A DNA stretch of 64,000 bases from Desulfurococcaceae archaeon (GTDB taxonomy: Archaea; Thermoproteota; Thermoprotei_A; Sulfolobales; Desulfurococcaceae): contig JAWAJB010000002.1 in NCBI GenBank assembly GCA_038888155.1, positions 32,001 through 96,000 on the forward strand, in the 5' to 3' direction. Both the position numbers and the translations under genes were made by a program. The notes beneath the pieces were generated by a model. That model saw nothing but the letters and a program-made list of their open reading frames with translations, did not search any database and was not told where the DNA came from. This document shows, piece by piece, positions 37,126 to 47,309 of this stretch. The number at the start of each line of letters is the position of its first letter. Position 1 is the first letter of the stretch.

Positions 37126-37857
37126 TTAAATGAGTAGTCTCTTCAAAACTAGCTCGACATGAGAACCTATATCAAGCTTTAGCAAGCTCGTGGGGTCTCC
37201 AGTGCACTCCTCTATTGCACTAGAGTAAGGAATGTAGCCTATGTAAATTAAATGAAGATCACGGGCTAGCGTCTCCAATGTGCCTTGACCCATGTTTTCA
37301 AGCAGAGCTAGCTTTTTGTAGTTTGCGTTCATAAGAATTTGAATGAGTCTATAAGTGGATTTGAGGGATAGAGAGGTAGGGTTAGATACAATTATGGGTG
37401 TTATAATCCCCCGTAATTTATAGATGATCTCTAAGTGCTCGTCGCCTATTCCCGGAGGAGTGTCGATAAATAGGGCATCTAGCTCCCCCCAGTTGATAAT
37501 AGATAGCGTTTCCCACAGCGCGTTTTTGGCCGCCTTTCCCCTAAGGGCTATTGGATTGTCGCCTGTGTAAGCCACTATCGAGAAGTAAAGCATATCCCTT
37601 AATTTGTATGGGGCAACTCCACGTTCTTCTTTGTACTTTAAATCGGAAGGCTTCACGCCAAGGACTATGTGCGTAGACGGGTTGACAAAGTCTAGATCTA
37701 GCAGCCCTACTCTAAAACCGAGATAAGATGAGTATAGCGAGAGCAATACAGATGTAGTTGTTTTACCGACGCCTCCCTTACTGCTAGTAACTAGGTAAAC
37801 TCTACGGGGCTCGCTGAGGCTTTTGATTGCCCTGAGCACCCTTGGATCCTCAGGCAT
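37126..37857 (-). CDS. Mrp/NBP35/MinD-type ATPase, probably the HypA partner (ATP-type HypB as in Thermococcales)
   Basis: SSKGGVGKTT, LDLDF, WGELD.L.IDTPPG and LENM motifs; overlaps hypA. Confidence 0.82.
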   Translation of the reverse strand: MPEDPRVLRAIKSLSEPRRVYLVTSSKGGVGKTTTSVLLSLYSSYLGFRVGLLDLDFVNPSTHIVLGVKPSDLKYKEERGVAPYKLRDMLYFSIVAYTGDNPIALRGKAAKNALWETLSIINWGELDALFIDTPPGIGDEHLEIIYKLRGIITPIIVSNPTSLSLKSTYRLIQILMNANYKKLALLENMGQGTLETLARDLHLIYIGYIPYSSAIEECTGDPTSLLKLDIGSHVELVLKRLLI

Positions 37858-38242
37858 AGGTCTCTACCTGTACCTCGGATAATCCCCTCCCCCTTACTAT
37901 CTCAAAGTCAATGCTATTGCAGTTTGGACACTTGAAGTACGCGTATACAGCTTCAGGTAAGAAGTGTATCGCTTCGCGTATATTCTCCTCTATCTCTTGG
38001 ATCTCAACTTTCCACTCGTACCTGCACGCATTGCACTTAAGTAGCAGAGGCTCATCGACTAATTCAACGTCCTCGATGTCTATACCCCTTTCCTTGCTCA
38101 GTTCTCTAATTGCAAATGCGAGTATGTCCTTGTCTATTGATTGAAGGGCCCCCAGCCTTATGGTCAACCTCTTTATTTTTTTCTCCTTTCTTTCATGAAC
38201 GAGGAGCACGATTCCCTCGGCCAAACTCCACTCGTGGACCAA
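37850..38242 (-). CDS. hypA: Hydrogenase nickel incorporation protein HypA
   Basis: MVHEWSLA, two CxxC motifs, EAIHFLPE insert. Confidence 0.95.
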   Translation of the reverse strand: MVHEWSLAEGIVLLVHERKEKKIKRLTIRLGALQSIDKDILAFAIRELSKERGIDIEDVELVDEPLLLKCNACRYEWKVEIQEIEENIREAIHFLPEAVYAYFKCPNCNSIDFEIVRGRGLSEVQVETYA

Positions 38243-38288
38243 CTCGATTTCACCAATCTATTTAAAGTACGCGCTTTTTGTTATAAAT

Positions 38289-39590
38289 ATGGGGTGTTAT
38301 AGCGTGTCGCAACAGGCGAAGAGTAGCCGCATTGAGGGTTTTTACAAGCTTCCACTAGAGGAAAGGCTGAAAATTGTAGCTGAATGGGCTGGGTTAACGC
38401 GGGATGAAGTTGATACCTTAGTAAAATTTGGGAGTTTACCGCGCGAAATAGGCGAGAGAATGATTGAAAATGTAGTGGGAAGTATGGCCTATCCTTTTGC
38501 GGTCGCAGTAAATTTCCTTATTAATGGAAAAGATTACCTCGTTCCTATGGTTATAGAGGAGACAAGCGTAGTAGCCGCAGCAAGCAACGCCGCAAGAATG
38601 CTCAGGCACGGCAGGGGCATATACGCCGAGGCAGGTCCACAGGAGATGATCGGCCAAGTACACTTGGTCAAGGTTAACGCGCCATACGCAAAAGTATCCC
38701 GTTTATTGGAGCAGAAAAAGGAAATACTTGATTACGCTACGCAGCAAGATCCCGTTTTAGTCAAATTAGGCGGCGGTCCAAGAGACCTCGAAATAAGGGT
38801 TGTTGAGACTAAGGGGGGGCCAGTTATAGTTGTTCACCTCATAGTAGACGTGAGAGACGCTATGGGGGCAAACACCGTTAACACAATGGTTGAGGCCATT
38901 GCACCGCTACTTGAGAAGATTACAGGGGGAGAGGCAAGGCTCAGGATTATATCAAATTACGCGACCAGGCGTCTAGTTAAAGCTTGGGCGAGAACGCCAG
39001 CTGAAAACGTTGGGGGAATGAATATAGCCAAGAGAATAGAGGAAGCATCTATACTCGCTGAAGCCGACCCGTATAGAGCTGTTACCCACAACAAGGGCAT
39101 TATGAACGGTATTATAGCCGTATCGCTAGCCACAGCCCAGGATCATAGGGCAATAGAGGCAGGCGCCCACGCGTATGCGTGTAGAACCGGTATATATAGG
39201 CCTTTAACTACTTGGGAAGTCGACGAAGAGGGATTCCTAAACGGATACTTAGAGTTACCATTGCAGATAGGTATTGTCGGAGGGGCAACGAGAGTTCACC
39301 CTGTAGCTAAAATCGCCTTAAAGATCCTGGGAGTTACAAGCGCAAAGGAACTAGCAGAAGTAATGGGAGCCGTTGGCTTAGCTCAAAACCTCGCTGCAGT
39401 AAGGGCGCTTGTCACCGAGGGAATTCAGCGTGGCCACATGAGGTTACATGCCAAGAACCTTGCTATCATGGCAGGGGCAAGCGGAGACCTCGTGGACAAG
39501 GTAGCTGAGAGAATGATTAGAGATGGAAGGATAAGATTTGACTACGCTAAGGAGTTACTGGAGAGAGCTCACAGAGGCGAGTCAATTTAA
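38289..39590 (+). CDS. mvaA: HMG-CoA reductase, class II
   Basis: MIENVVG, PMVIEETSVVAA, DAMGAN, THNKGIMNG, QNLAA and GIQRGHM.LH motifs. Confidence 0.95.
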   Translation: MGCYSVSQQAKSSRIEGFYKLPLEERLKIVAEWAGLTRDEVDTLVKFGSLPREIGERMIENVVGSMAYPFAVAVNFLINGKDYLVPMVIEETSVVAAASNAARMLRHGRGIYAEAGPQEMIGQVHLVKVNAPYAKVSRLLEQKKEILDYATQQDPVLVKLGGGPRDLEIRVVETKGGPVIVVHLIVDVRDAMGANTVNTMVEAIAPLLEKITGGEARLRIISNYATRRLVKAWARTPAENVGGMNIAKRIEEASILAEADPYRAVTHNKGIMNGIIAVSLATAQDHRAIEAGAHAYACRTGIYRPLTTWEVDEEGFLNGYLELPLQIGIVGGATRVHPVAKIALKILGVTSAKELAEVMGAVGLAQNLAAVRALVTEGIQRGHMRLHAKNLAIMAGASGDLVDKVAERMIRDGRIRFDYAKELLERAHRGESI

Positions 39591-39634
39591 CTGATCGAGC
39601 TGCGCGGTAATTAGCTGCTCTACGATAAATCAAC

Positions 39635-40648
39635 TCAAGTCGCAATTGTAATGGCTAAGGCTATTGTGCAAACAATTACCTGAAGAATGTTGATCACATT
39701 CACAACGTCTTTTTCATAGCACCTGCTTTTTATGGTTATTGACAGCTTTATAGCCCAGTGCGTTAAGCTATAGGACTTGCCGTAAGGGGGTAGCAAACTA
39801 CCATCTATTTGGGCTATACCGAAATTTTCTTTATATACCTTATTCAGAAGTCCCCGGACAAACAACAGTAACTCAACAAAGTACAGCGTAAACGTGTATA
39901 TGGCGAACTTCTCGAAGTTCCAGTATATGGCCAGTGAAGCGTAGAATGCGCCAATGCCATATGTGAATGCGTTGCCCGGGAAAACCTTAGCGGGATATTT
40001 GTTGTAGCGTAAGTAAAATATCAAAATTGAAGCCATAGTGGGAAGTATTATGTAGATAATGTCTGTAAACCCCTTTAACACAGACAATAGTGTAGCATAA
40101 AATAGAATGATCAACCCTTGGCGAGCCTCTAAGCCGTTGTAGCCGGCTATCATGTTAAATGCGTTACTTGCCCCCAGAACACCTACGGGCACAACTAAAG
40201 CTGAATACAATACTCCAAGGTCCAATACACCAAGCAATGGCAGCTCTACCACACTGTACCCTGCTTTGACAGCCATTAATGGGAGAGATATCGGGATAGT
40301 GAATAAGATCCTCTTAGCTGGGGAAATGCCTTTTTTCCAACCCAGGAAGTCATCGAAGTAACCTATGAGTCCAGCCAAGATAAGCGTGAGGGCTATTGAT
40401 AACTGCGGTATAGCATCAGACGCTCTGTCTAAGTAGTTATCTATGGCTATATAGAGGAGTATTCCAAAAGTTGACGCCAATATAACCCAAAGCCCCCCAG
40501 CTTCGGCTGCCGTGTAGTTTCCAGGCTTGTTCATATCTCTACCTACTAGCCCCATTTTAGGAGCTATCTTAGTCCACCAATCTAGTAAGAGAGTAGACAC
40601 TACTAAGCTGGATATTAACGGAAAAGCTACTTTGACAACATAACCTAT
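39635..40648 (-). CDS. aglH: UDP-GlcNAc:dolichol-phosphate GlcNAc-1-P transferase (MraY/GPT family, AglH-like)
   Basis: GRDMNK, AEAGG, GYFDD, NAFNMIAGYNGLE and NKYPAKVFPGN motifs. The frame extends upstream of the tracked GTG (40600) to ATA at 40648, which completes TM1. Confidence 0.85.
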   Translation of the reverse strand: MGYVVKVAFPLISSLVVSTLLLDWWTKIAPKMGLVGRDMNKPGNYTAAEAGGLWVILASTFGILLYIAIDNYLDRASDAIPQLSIALTLILAGLIGYFDDFLGWKKGISPAKRILFTIPISLPLMAVKAGYSVVELPLLGVLDLGVLYSALVVPVGVLGASNAFNMIAGYNGLEARQGLIILFYATLLSVLKGFTDIIYIILPTMASILIFYLRYNKYPAKVFPGNAFTYGIGAFYASLAIYWNFEKFAIYTFTLYFVELLLFVRGLLNKVYKENFGIAQIDGSLLPPYGKSYSLTHWAIKLSITIKSRCYEKDVVNVINILQVIVCTIALAITIAT

Positions 40649-41361
40649 CGTACTTCTTCACCCCTATCACACCACCTCGTATTGAAAATAGCGTAGATCT
40701 CCTGTGCTCTTTTATGACCTATACCCTCAACGCTCATTAAGTCCTGTATAGATGCGTTGGCCAGGTTTTTAATTGTATTAAATTTGTTGAGTAACCTTCT
40801 AGCTAGAACTGGTCCCACAATTCCCTCAGCTACATAAAGCACTCTATCCTCAATGTCATTCGGCTTCTTTTCAACCCTCATGCGCAAAAATTTCTTCTCT
40901 TCTGTGGGGCCTAAGCTCTTAGCCTTTGTAATAATCCACGCTACTGTCGCGTCTTTATGAGGTGTGTAAATCACTGGTAAGTTTAGATCAAGAATTAACG
41001 TGTCTAATACGCGCAAAACGCTTTGAATTCTCCAGCGGCGTTGTTCCTCTACCCTTTCGAGCGATCCCTCAAGCAATATTACTGCCTTGTGGCCGTCTTT
41101 CTCAGCTGACTCCCTAAGCAACCTACTTTGTTCCCACAACCTATTGTCTCTAATGCTGTTAACAAAGTCATTGACTGTTTTTCTCTCAATCAGCAAAGAG
41201 GACTTTCCGGGAGGCGCCAGCAAGAGGAAATCTCCTGCAGGTAGCTCCCTCAATGAAACCTTCAAGCCGTTTCTTGTAAAAATTAGCCTGAACTCTGGGT
41301 GGGAAGCATCTTCCCTACTATCGATGACAAGATCAACGGGGACAAGCAATTTGGTGGACAT
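40645..41361 (-). CDS. xpf: Crenarchaeal XPF/ERCC4 structure-specific nuclease with (HhH)2 domain
   Basis: IDSRE, GDF, IERKT..DF..SI.D.RL..Q and VEGIG.KRA motifs. Confidence 0.93.
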   Translation of the reverse strand: MSTKLLVPVDLVIDSREDASHPEFRLIFTRNGLKVSLRELPAGDFLLLAPPGKSSLLIERKTVNDFVNSIRDNRLWEQSRLLRESAEKDGHKAVILLEGSLERVEEQRRWRIQSVLRVLDTLILDLNLPVIYTPHKDATVAWIITKAKSLGPTEEKKFLRMRVEKKPNDIEDRVLYVAEGIVGPVLARRLLNKFNTIKNLANASIQDLMSVEGIGHKRAQEIYAIFNTRWCDRGEEVR

Positions 41362-41362
41362 T

Positions 41363-41842
41363 TTAAACCCTCTCCACTAGCTCTTTAGCCATTAAGTAAG
41401 CATCTCGGCATCCATAATACCCTCTAATAAAGCCTACAATCCTAAATCCAAATTTTAAGTACATTCTTATAGCTGGCTTGTTGCCGACCATTACCTCGAG
41501 AATGGCTCTTTTAGCGCCCCTCCTACAGCACTCTGATAGGCAGTCCTTTAAGAGAAGAGAGCCAAGACCTCTATTCCTGTATTCTGGCAGGATAGCAATT
41601 GATACAATGTGACATGTAGAGTTTTCAACGTCCGCTATGGAGTAGCCCACGATATTGCCTTCGCATAATATAGTTCTGAATATAGCCTTTCTCTCAACAT
41701 ACTCTAAGAAGACAAGCTCGCTGTACTGCATTTTTGGCTCAAAGCACAATCCCTCAATTGACATTATCTCTGATAAATTCTGCACGTTGAAATTTTTGAT
41801 CTCAACATTACTACACGGAGGGTGCTCTACCATAAACTTCAA
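41363..41842 (-). CDS. rimI: RimI/Ard1-type N-acetyltransferase (GNAT)
   Basis: HIVSIAI.PEYRNRGLG, LEV...N..AI.MY.KFGF and YY...DAYLM motifs. Confidence 0.88.
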   Translation of the reverse strand: MKFMVEHPPCSNVEIKNFNVQNLSEIMSIEGLCFEPKMQYSELVFLEYVERKAIFRTILCEGNIVGYSIADVENSTCHIVSIAILPEYRNRGLGSLLLKDCLSECCRRGAKRAILEVMVGNKPAIRMYLKFGFRIVGFIRGYYGCRDAYLMAKELVERV

Positions 41843-43468
41843 CTATATTTCTCGAGGTAGATAGTTCTCGAGAATGTATTCGGGCTTATCCCTGACTGTC
41901 CTCATTGCCCTTGGAATATAATTCAATAGCGCATCAGCTGTTATGCCGTCTTCTCCTATATCAATAGCAGCAAGATCGCCAGCAAGTCCGTGGACAAGTA
42001 CGCCCATTCTAGTTGCTTCACCTAACTCTCTTAGCCCCATTCCATAAAGAGCAGCTATAATGCCGTTAAGGATGTCCCCAGTCCCCGCTTTAGCCATGCC
42101 TGGATTGCCAGTCATGTTTATATATATGCATCCGCTCGGATATCCTATAAGAGAATGTGCTCCTTTCAGGACAATAAATGCGTTTAAGTCGCGAGAAGCT
42201 CTACGTATATAACATATGGGGTCCTCAAAGATATTTTCAGTAGGTTCATTAATCAACCTTGAGAACTCAGCTGGATGGGGCGTAAGCACTGTAGGTAAAC
42301 GCCTCTTTTTCAGTGTCTCTAAGTTCTTTGAAATTGCAGTAATGCCGTCTCCATCTATTATAACTGGCTTATCAATGGATTCTGCGAGGACTCTCATGAG
42401 CTCTAGAGTTTCCTCGTTCGTTGATACGCCAGGTCCAAGGACAACTATGTCAACGCTGTGCTCATTTATTAAATTAACTATTTTCTCGTAATTGCTAATT
42501 GCTAAAGTACCCTGGTCAGTTTCATCCATGGGGTGGTAAACTACTTGGCTGCACTTAGATGCGAGCACCGGAACAATACTTTTAGGAGTTGCCAGCCTCG
42601 AGTAGCCTCCGCCTGTTACTAGAAAGGAGTACGAAGTATAGTACGGGGCTCCGTAGTAGTAACTAGCTCCTGCAACAGATAGTAGTTTTCCAAACGTGCC
42701 CTTGTGTCCCCACTTAACGCGCTCTGGTAGAGAAATTGGACAGTTGATCTGCACTCTAATGTCGCTTGAGTCCCACAATTCAGGCGGATACGAGAGCCTA
42801 GAGACGTATAACTTACCACAGTATTGGTACCCTGGATAGAGGAGGTTCCCGTATTTCGGCATCCCAAAGGTTACTGTGTAATTTGATCGCACGGCAACTC
42901 CTCGAACTCTTCCATTATTACCATCTATACCTGATGGAATATCTACGCTTACCACTAACTTGCCAGAGCTATTAATTAACTCTATTACGTCCTTGTACAG
43001 CCCTGATACCTCCCCCCTCAATCCAATGCCTATTAGGCCAACTACGACAAGATCGCTCTTGCTAATGTAGCTTGAAAGCATCTCTAGGTCTTCTCTCCCT
43101 TTAACTACTTTTACGCTCAGTCCCAATCTTAGAACTATATCATACATTGTCTTGGCAGGTCCCCTATATTTTCCAGGATCACCTACTATGAATACATCAA
43201 CGCTAGAACCAGCCGCATAGATCCTCCTCGCCACTACGAGAGCATCTCCGCCGTTGTTGCCAGTCCCCGCTAGAACTAAGAATTTTTTCCCATGTATCCC
43301 CACTTCCTTTACTATCATATTGTAAACAGCTGATCCGGCGTCTTCCATCAGTATTAGATGATCAACCCCGAGCGAAGGTGCCAATTCATCAATTTTCTTG
43401 ATTTCGTCTACACTACAAGCTTTAATCTTACAGTTAAGCAAAACGGACCCCGTACCATGATAATTCAC
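41843..43468 (-). CDS. nnr: Bifunctional NAD(P)HX epimerase/dehydratase
   Basis: LMEDAG, GTGNNGGD, SVDIPSG, HKGTFG, LTPHPAEF and GTGDIL motifs. Confidence 0.94.
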   Translation of the reverse strand: MNYHGTGSVLLNCKIKACSVDEIKKIDELAPSLGVDHLILMEDAGSAVYNMIVKEVGIHGKKFLVLAGTGNNGGDALVVARRIYAAGSSVDVFIVGDPGKYRGPAKTMYDIVLRLGLSVKVVKGREDLEMLSSYISKSDLVVVGLIGIGLRGEVSGLYKDVIELINSSGKLVVSVDIPSGIDGNNGRVRGVAVRSNYTVTFGMPKYGNLLYPGYQYCGKLYVSRLSYPPELWDSSDIRVQINCPISLPERVKWGHKGTFGKLLSVAGASYYYGAPYYTSYSFLVTGGGYSRLATPKSIVPVLASKCSQVVYHPMDETDQGTLAISNYEKIVNLINEHSVDIVVLGPGVSTNEETLELMRVLAESIDKPVIIDGDGITAISKNLETLKKRRLPTVLTPHPAEFSRLINEPTENIFEDPICYIRRASRDLNAFIVLKGAHSLIGYPSGCIYINMTGNPGMAKAGTGDILNGIIAALYGMGLRELGEATRMGVLVHGLAGDLAAIDIGEDGITADALLNYIPRAMRTVRDKPEYILENYLPREI

Positions 43469-43560
43469 AGGCTAGTAAAAATCTTTAATTTCAATTAAGC
43501 TAGATGGTGCACTCTTATTTACCTTCATTTCCATCAAGGTAGACTTGTAAGGCGGTTAAA

Positions 43561-45054
43561 ATGCTCTTCCAGAACCCAACTATTAAGGAGATCTTAGAGA
43601 GATACCGCGCTATATGGAGTATAGATCATGCTCTGTCCTTGATGGGCTGGGATGCTGAAACATACATGCCGACTGAGGGGATTAAGGACAGAGCGTTGGC
43701 CCGAGCAGATTTAGCCCTTATACAACAAAGCCTCATCCTCAAACAGGAATTCTTAGAGCTAGTGGCTAAAGCCGATAAAATAGAAGATCTCAACGACTAT
43801 GAAAGAGGAACATTGAGGGTCTTAAATAGGATGATCAAGTTGGCAAAATCTTTACCCCCCTCGCTCGTTGCTGAGAGAGCAAAGATTACAGCCGAAGCTG
43901 TCATCGTATGGCGTGAAGCAAGGGCTAAGAACGACTTTGACATGTTTAGACCGTATCTCGAGAGGATCTTTGAAATATCTAAGAAAATTGCAGACTGTTT
44001 AACTTGGGAGAAGCATCCGTATGATGCACTGCTAGACCTATACGAAGAAGGTATAAAAACGGAGGACGTCAACGCGGTACTGGGCTCTTTACGCAATGAA
44101 CTTAAGTGGATTGTTCAAAAAGTGCTCTCTGAGGTTAGGTATCCCAGAGAACACCCATTAGAACGCACTAGGTATGATCCGTCTAAAATGCAAGATGTGA
44201 ACTTGAAGATCTTAGAGGCCTTGGGGTATCCTCAGGGAGTTAGGGGCAGATTAGACATATCAGCTCATCCGTTTACTGTAGATATGGGTATAAACGATGT
44301 GAGGATAACAACTAGGTACGAGGGCTTTGACTTCAAGAGATCAATGTTCTCCGTAGTTCACGAGTTCGGGCATGCTCTTTACAACCTCCAATTAGATCCG
44401 GCAATTTCGTATACCCCATTAGCTAGCGGTGTCAGTCTGGGTGTACACGAGGGACAGAGTAGATTTTGGGAAAACATTATTGGTAGAAGCATTGAGTTTG
44501 CCGAATTCGTTTACCAAATACTCAGAGAGAGCTTAGAGTTCGTATCTCGTTACAGCCCTGAGGATTTGTACTATTACTTTAACACAGTTAAGCCGAGCTT
44601 GATTCGAGTTGACGCAGATGAAGTAACTTACAACATTCACATAATAATTAGAACAGAACTAGAGAAGCTTATACTTGGGGGCGAAGTGAAAGTCTCAGAC
44701 CTCCCAGAGCTCTGGAGTACCTACATGGAAGAGTTGCTCGGCGTAAAGCCAAGCAGTCACGCAGAAGGGGTACTACAGGATATTCACTGGAGTCAGGGTA
44801 GCATTGGCTATTTCCCCACTTATACCCTCGGGAACATAGTGGCCGCTTCTATTAGAGATAACATCGCGAGGGACCTTAATCTAGGTGAAAGCGTCTTAAA
44901 TGGGAACTATAAAGTAATTCGCGAGTGGTTGAGAGAAAAGATACATAAGTATGGAGCAACCTATCCCCCAAAGGTTTTATTACAAAAAGCCCTTGGAGTA
45001 GGATATGAACCAGAAAACTTCATTAAATATATCATGAGTAAATACTTGGCGTAA
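43561..45054 (+). CDS. M32 thermostable carboxypeptidase
   Basis: HPF, VRITTRY, HEFGH, HEGQ, IRVDADE, QDIHW and GYFPTY motifs. Confidence 0.96.
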   Translation: MLFQNPTIKEILERYRAIWSIDHALSLMGWDAETYMPTEGIKDRALARADLALIQQSLILKQEFLELVAKADKIEDLNDYERGTLRVLNRMIKLAKSLPPSLVAERAKITAEAVIVWREARAKNDFDMFRPYLERIFEISKKIADCLTWEKHPYDALLDLYEEGIKTEDVNAVLGSLRNELKWIVQKVLSEVRYPREHPLERTRYDPSKMQDVNLKILEALGYPQGVRGRLDISAHPFTVDMGINDVRITTRYEGFDFKRSMFSVVHEFGHALYNLQLDPAISYTPLASGVSLGVHEGQSRFWENIIGRSIEFAEFVYQILRESLEFVSRYSPEDLYYYFNTVKPSLIRVDADEVTYNIHIIIRTELEKLILGGEVKVSDLPELWSTYMEELLGVKPSSHAEGVLQDIHWSQGSIGYFPTYTLGNIVAASIRDNIARDLNLGESVLNGNYKVIREWLREKIHKYGATYPPKVLLQKALGVGYEPENFIKYIMSKYLA

Positions 45055-45165
45055 ATCTAAGAGCCCATTATATGTAATTCATTTTTTGGCAAAGAAGTCT
45101 TTCGCTGTATTGCCCGAGGAACTACGTTAAAGCTTAAAAACTTATAAAATATAACAACTATCCCG

Positions 45166-45534
45166 GTGGTTCTGTTGGCGTGCTTTATCACACCGTTAAT
45201 TGCTGGGGCTGTTGTGGGGTTTATAAGTAAGTTTTGGAAAAAAGCAGACAAATTAAAGCTATATGTACTGGCGTACTTGCTGTTAGGAGGCTCGCTCGTA
45301 CTAGCTGTAGAACACGCATGGCATGGTGAAATAAGTCCCTACCCACCATTTTTAACTGCTATGAGGACACCCGAAGAAATGCCAGTAGTTCTAAACGAGA
45401 TTACCAATCTAGGAGGATCTATGACTCTTGCAGTTGTAGGCCTTTGGCTCGGCATATTAGCTACCTCGAAGAAATTGGAGATTAAAGCAAAAACCGCGAC
45501 GAGGATCTCAACTACACTCGAGCTAAAGGCATAA
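45166..45534 (+). CDS. Small 3-TM membrane protein with EHxWHGE motif (likely start TTG 45175, MACFITP)
   Basis: Hydrophobic helices; LLGG.L.L.VEHAWHGE...PPFLTA. Confidence 0.7.
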   Translation: MVLLACFITPLIAGAVVGFISKFWKKADKLKLYVLAYLLLGGSLVLAVEHAWHGEISPYPPFLTAMRTPEEMPVVLNEITNLGGSMTLAVVGLWLGILATSKKLEIKAKTATRISTTLELKA

Positions 45535-45545
45535 CGGCGAGCGAA

Positions 45546-45815
45546 ATGTGGTCAATAGCACTATTCGTACTTTCAATTATCTCGAGCGCGCTATGGTACA
45601 GGACAAGGTACACTAACAAATACAAGCTAAATATCCTTGCTTTAATATCTGGCGGCGCAACGCTTATGTTCTTCGTGGATGCAATATACACTTATCTCGA
45701 GGAAGGCACATTCATTGAGCTATCGCTGGATGCACTTACTTTAAGCTTGACTTTAGTGATATTCACAATAGCGCTGTGGATTATTGCGGCAATCCCTTGG
45801 AAGACAAGAAGGTAA
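45546..45815 (+). CDS. Small 3-TM membrane protein, distant paralog of the upstream gene
   Basis: KYKLNILALISGGATLMFFVD parallels KLKLYVLAYLLLGGSLVLAVE. Confidence 0.7.
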   Translation: MWSIALFVLSIISSALWYRTRYTNKYKLNILALISGGATLMFFVDAIYTYLEEGTFIELSLDALTLSLTLVIFTIALWIIAAIPWKTRR

Positions 45816-45900
45816 TCCTATAGGGCTGAATAACCATTTATTAGTTCTAATTGCAGAGTTTATTACTTATAAAACTAAAATAAATAATTATTTGGGATAG

Positions 45901-46359
45901 GTGCAATGTAAGTTGGGAATTTCCTATCCATATCTTGCAATACTATCAACCATAGCTTTTATTGTTGTTGTTACTAGTGTAACATTTCTCTACTTATATA
46001 TTATAGATCAGGCAAACAAAACACCAGTGCTTGGAGTCTACGCTGAGGCCTACTTAGATTCTCAGGATCATATAAATTTAGTTATCACAATAAGGCATGA
46101 GCGCGGTAGAGCTGTAGAGTTAAAGAAGGTAGTGTTGAATAGCGAGAACGGGACTTTAACTTTAACCGATTTCAGAGGCAACGAGAACATATCTTTAATT
46201 GGCTGCGCTGACGGGCTTATACCTACTGGAGGGGTGTGTAGACTGAGGTTAATTTTTCATGAAGGGTTCATGGAGAATACTACTTACAAGGGGGTAGTAT
46301 TTCTCACAGAGGGCACATATCCAATTGCCTTTACTCCCGTGAGATGGAATTTATCGTGA
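45901..46359 (+). CDS. Pilin-like protein
   Basis: KLG/ISYPYLAIL hydrophobic helix followed by an Ig-like domain; paralog of 53548-54024 (shared HERG). Confidence 0.7.
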   Translation: MQCKLGISYPYLAILSTIAFIVVVTSVTFLYLYIIDQANKTPVLGVYAEAYLDSQDHINLVITIRHERGRAVELKKVVLNSENGTLTLTDFRGNENISLIGCADGLIPTGGVCRLRLIFHEGFMENTTYKGVVFLTEGTYPIAFTPVRWNLS

Positions 46360-46456
46360 TTATCCTACTTCCTTTATGGTTTTAGCAGCCCACTTTTAGG
46401 TATATAAAGAAAGATAATTTTATGAAACAACATTGTAAATCATTAGAGGTGATGTA

Positions 46457-47134
46457 TTGAATAAATGGAAAACTAGAGTTTTCACTTGTCTGCGATGTGG
46501 TCGTTGTTGTTTCTTTGAAAAAACCGAGGATTGCCCAATAGTATTACCCTATGAGGCCCATTACTTGAAAGCGCTAGCCGAGCACATTGGCGTTGCAGGA
46601 CTTCAGTTTGAAGACATGGGGAATGGGTTTTATAGGTGGACAATCAACAGTTACTGCCCTTTCTACAGTAAAGCAGACAATGTCTGTAGGATAAATGAAG
46701 AAAAGCCACTCGCTTGCAAAATATTTCCGCTTCTTGTAAATACTACAACTTACGAGCTACTGGTCTCCTCGGCGTGTTCTTGGATTAAGGAGAACAAATG
46801 CCGACTTGCCGAATTCGCTAGAAACACGATGGGAACATTTCCCCTAGAGCTCAAGGCAGTAAGAGAGCTACTCTCCATAGTATTCGGGGCAAAGAATGGA
46901 GATGTAATATCAGCAATATTCACAGCCAAATCCACTGCTGATGCAATCAATATACTGGCAGACAAGTGCAAAGTCTTAAAGCTGAGAGAAAGCAACTACG
47001 TTAAGGGACTAGCCTTAATTATATTATCATGCTGCACTACTAAAAATATAGCAGATATACTGCAGTCCCTAGGCGAAAATTTAAAACCGCTTTACATAGG
47101 AGATCTACGCATAGGAAATATTGCCTCACAATAG
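46457..47134 (+). CDS. YkgJ-family CxxCxxCC cysteine-cluster protein with C-terminal extension
   Basis: FTCLRCGRCC, CPF and CRI...KPLACKIFP motifs. Confidence 0.88.
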   Translation: MNKWKTRVFTCLRCGRCCFFEKTEDCPIVLPYEAHYLKALAEHIGVAGLQFEDMGNGFYRWTINSYCPFYSKADNVCRINEEKPLACKIFPLLVNTTTYELLVSSACSWIKENKCRLAEFARNTMGTFPLELKAVRELLSIVFGAKNGDVISAIFTAKSTADAINILADKCKVLKLRESNYVKGLALIILSCCTTKNIADILQSLGENLKPLYIGDLRIGNIASQ

Positions 47135-47238
47135 GGCTACAGATGCGAAAGGCCTTTTAGCATTCTAAGCCCCAAATTCAATAAAAGCACTTGGCTTAAT
47201 AACGAGGCAACGTTTGTATCTGTGAGCTCGATGAACGC

Positions 47239-47260
47239 TATATAACCTTATATAACCTTA
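47239..47260 (+). promoter_or_regulatory. Tandem 10-nt direct repeat in the promoter region of the second pilus ATPase
   Basis: TATAACCTTA repeated twice exactly (47241-47260), about 50 nt upstream of the start; function inferred. Confidence 0.4.
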
Positions 47261-47309
47261 ATAAAATCCACATCGACTATCTATTTTTAGGAGAGATAGG
47301 GTAGGTACT

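Noticed and set aside
38289-39590. Class II HMG-CoA reductase as a novel horizontal transfer
   Set aside because: Class II enzymes are already known in several archaeal lineages, and nothing here indicates a recent event.
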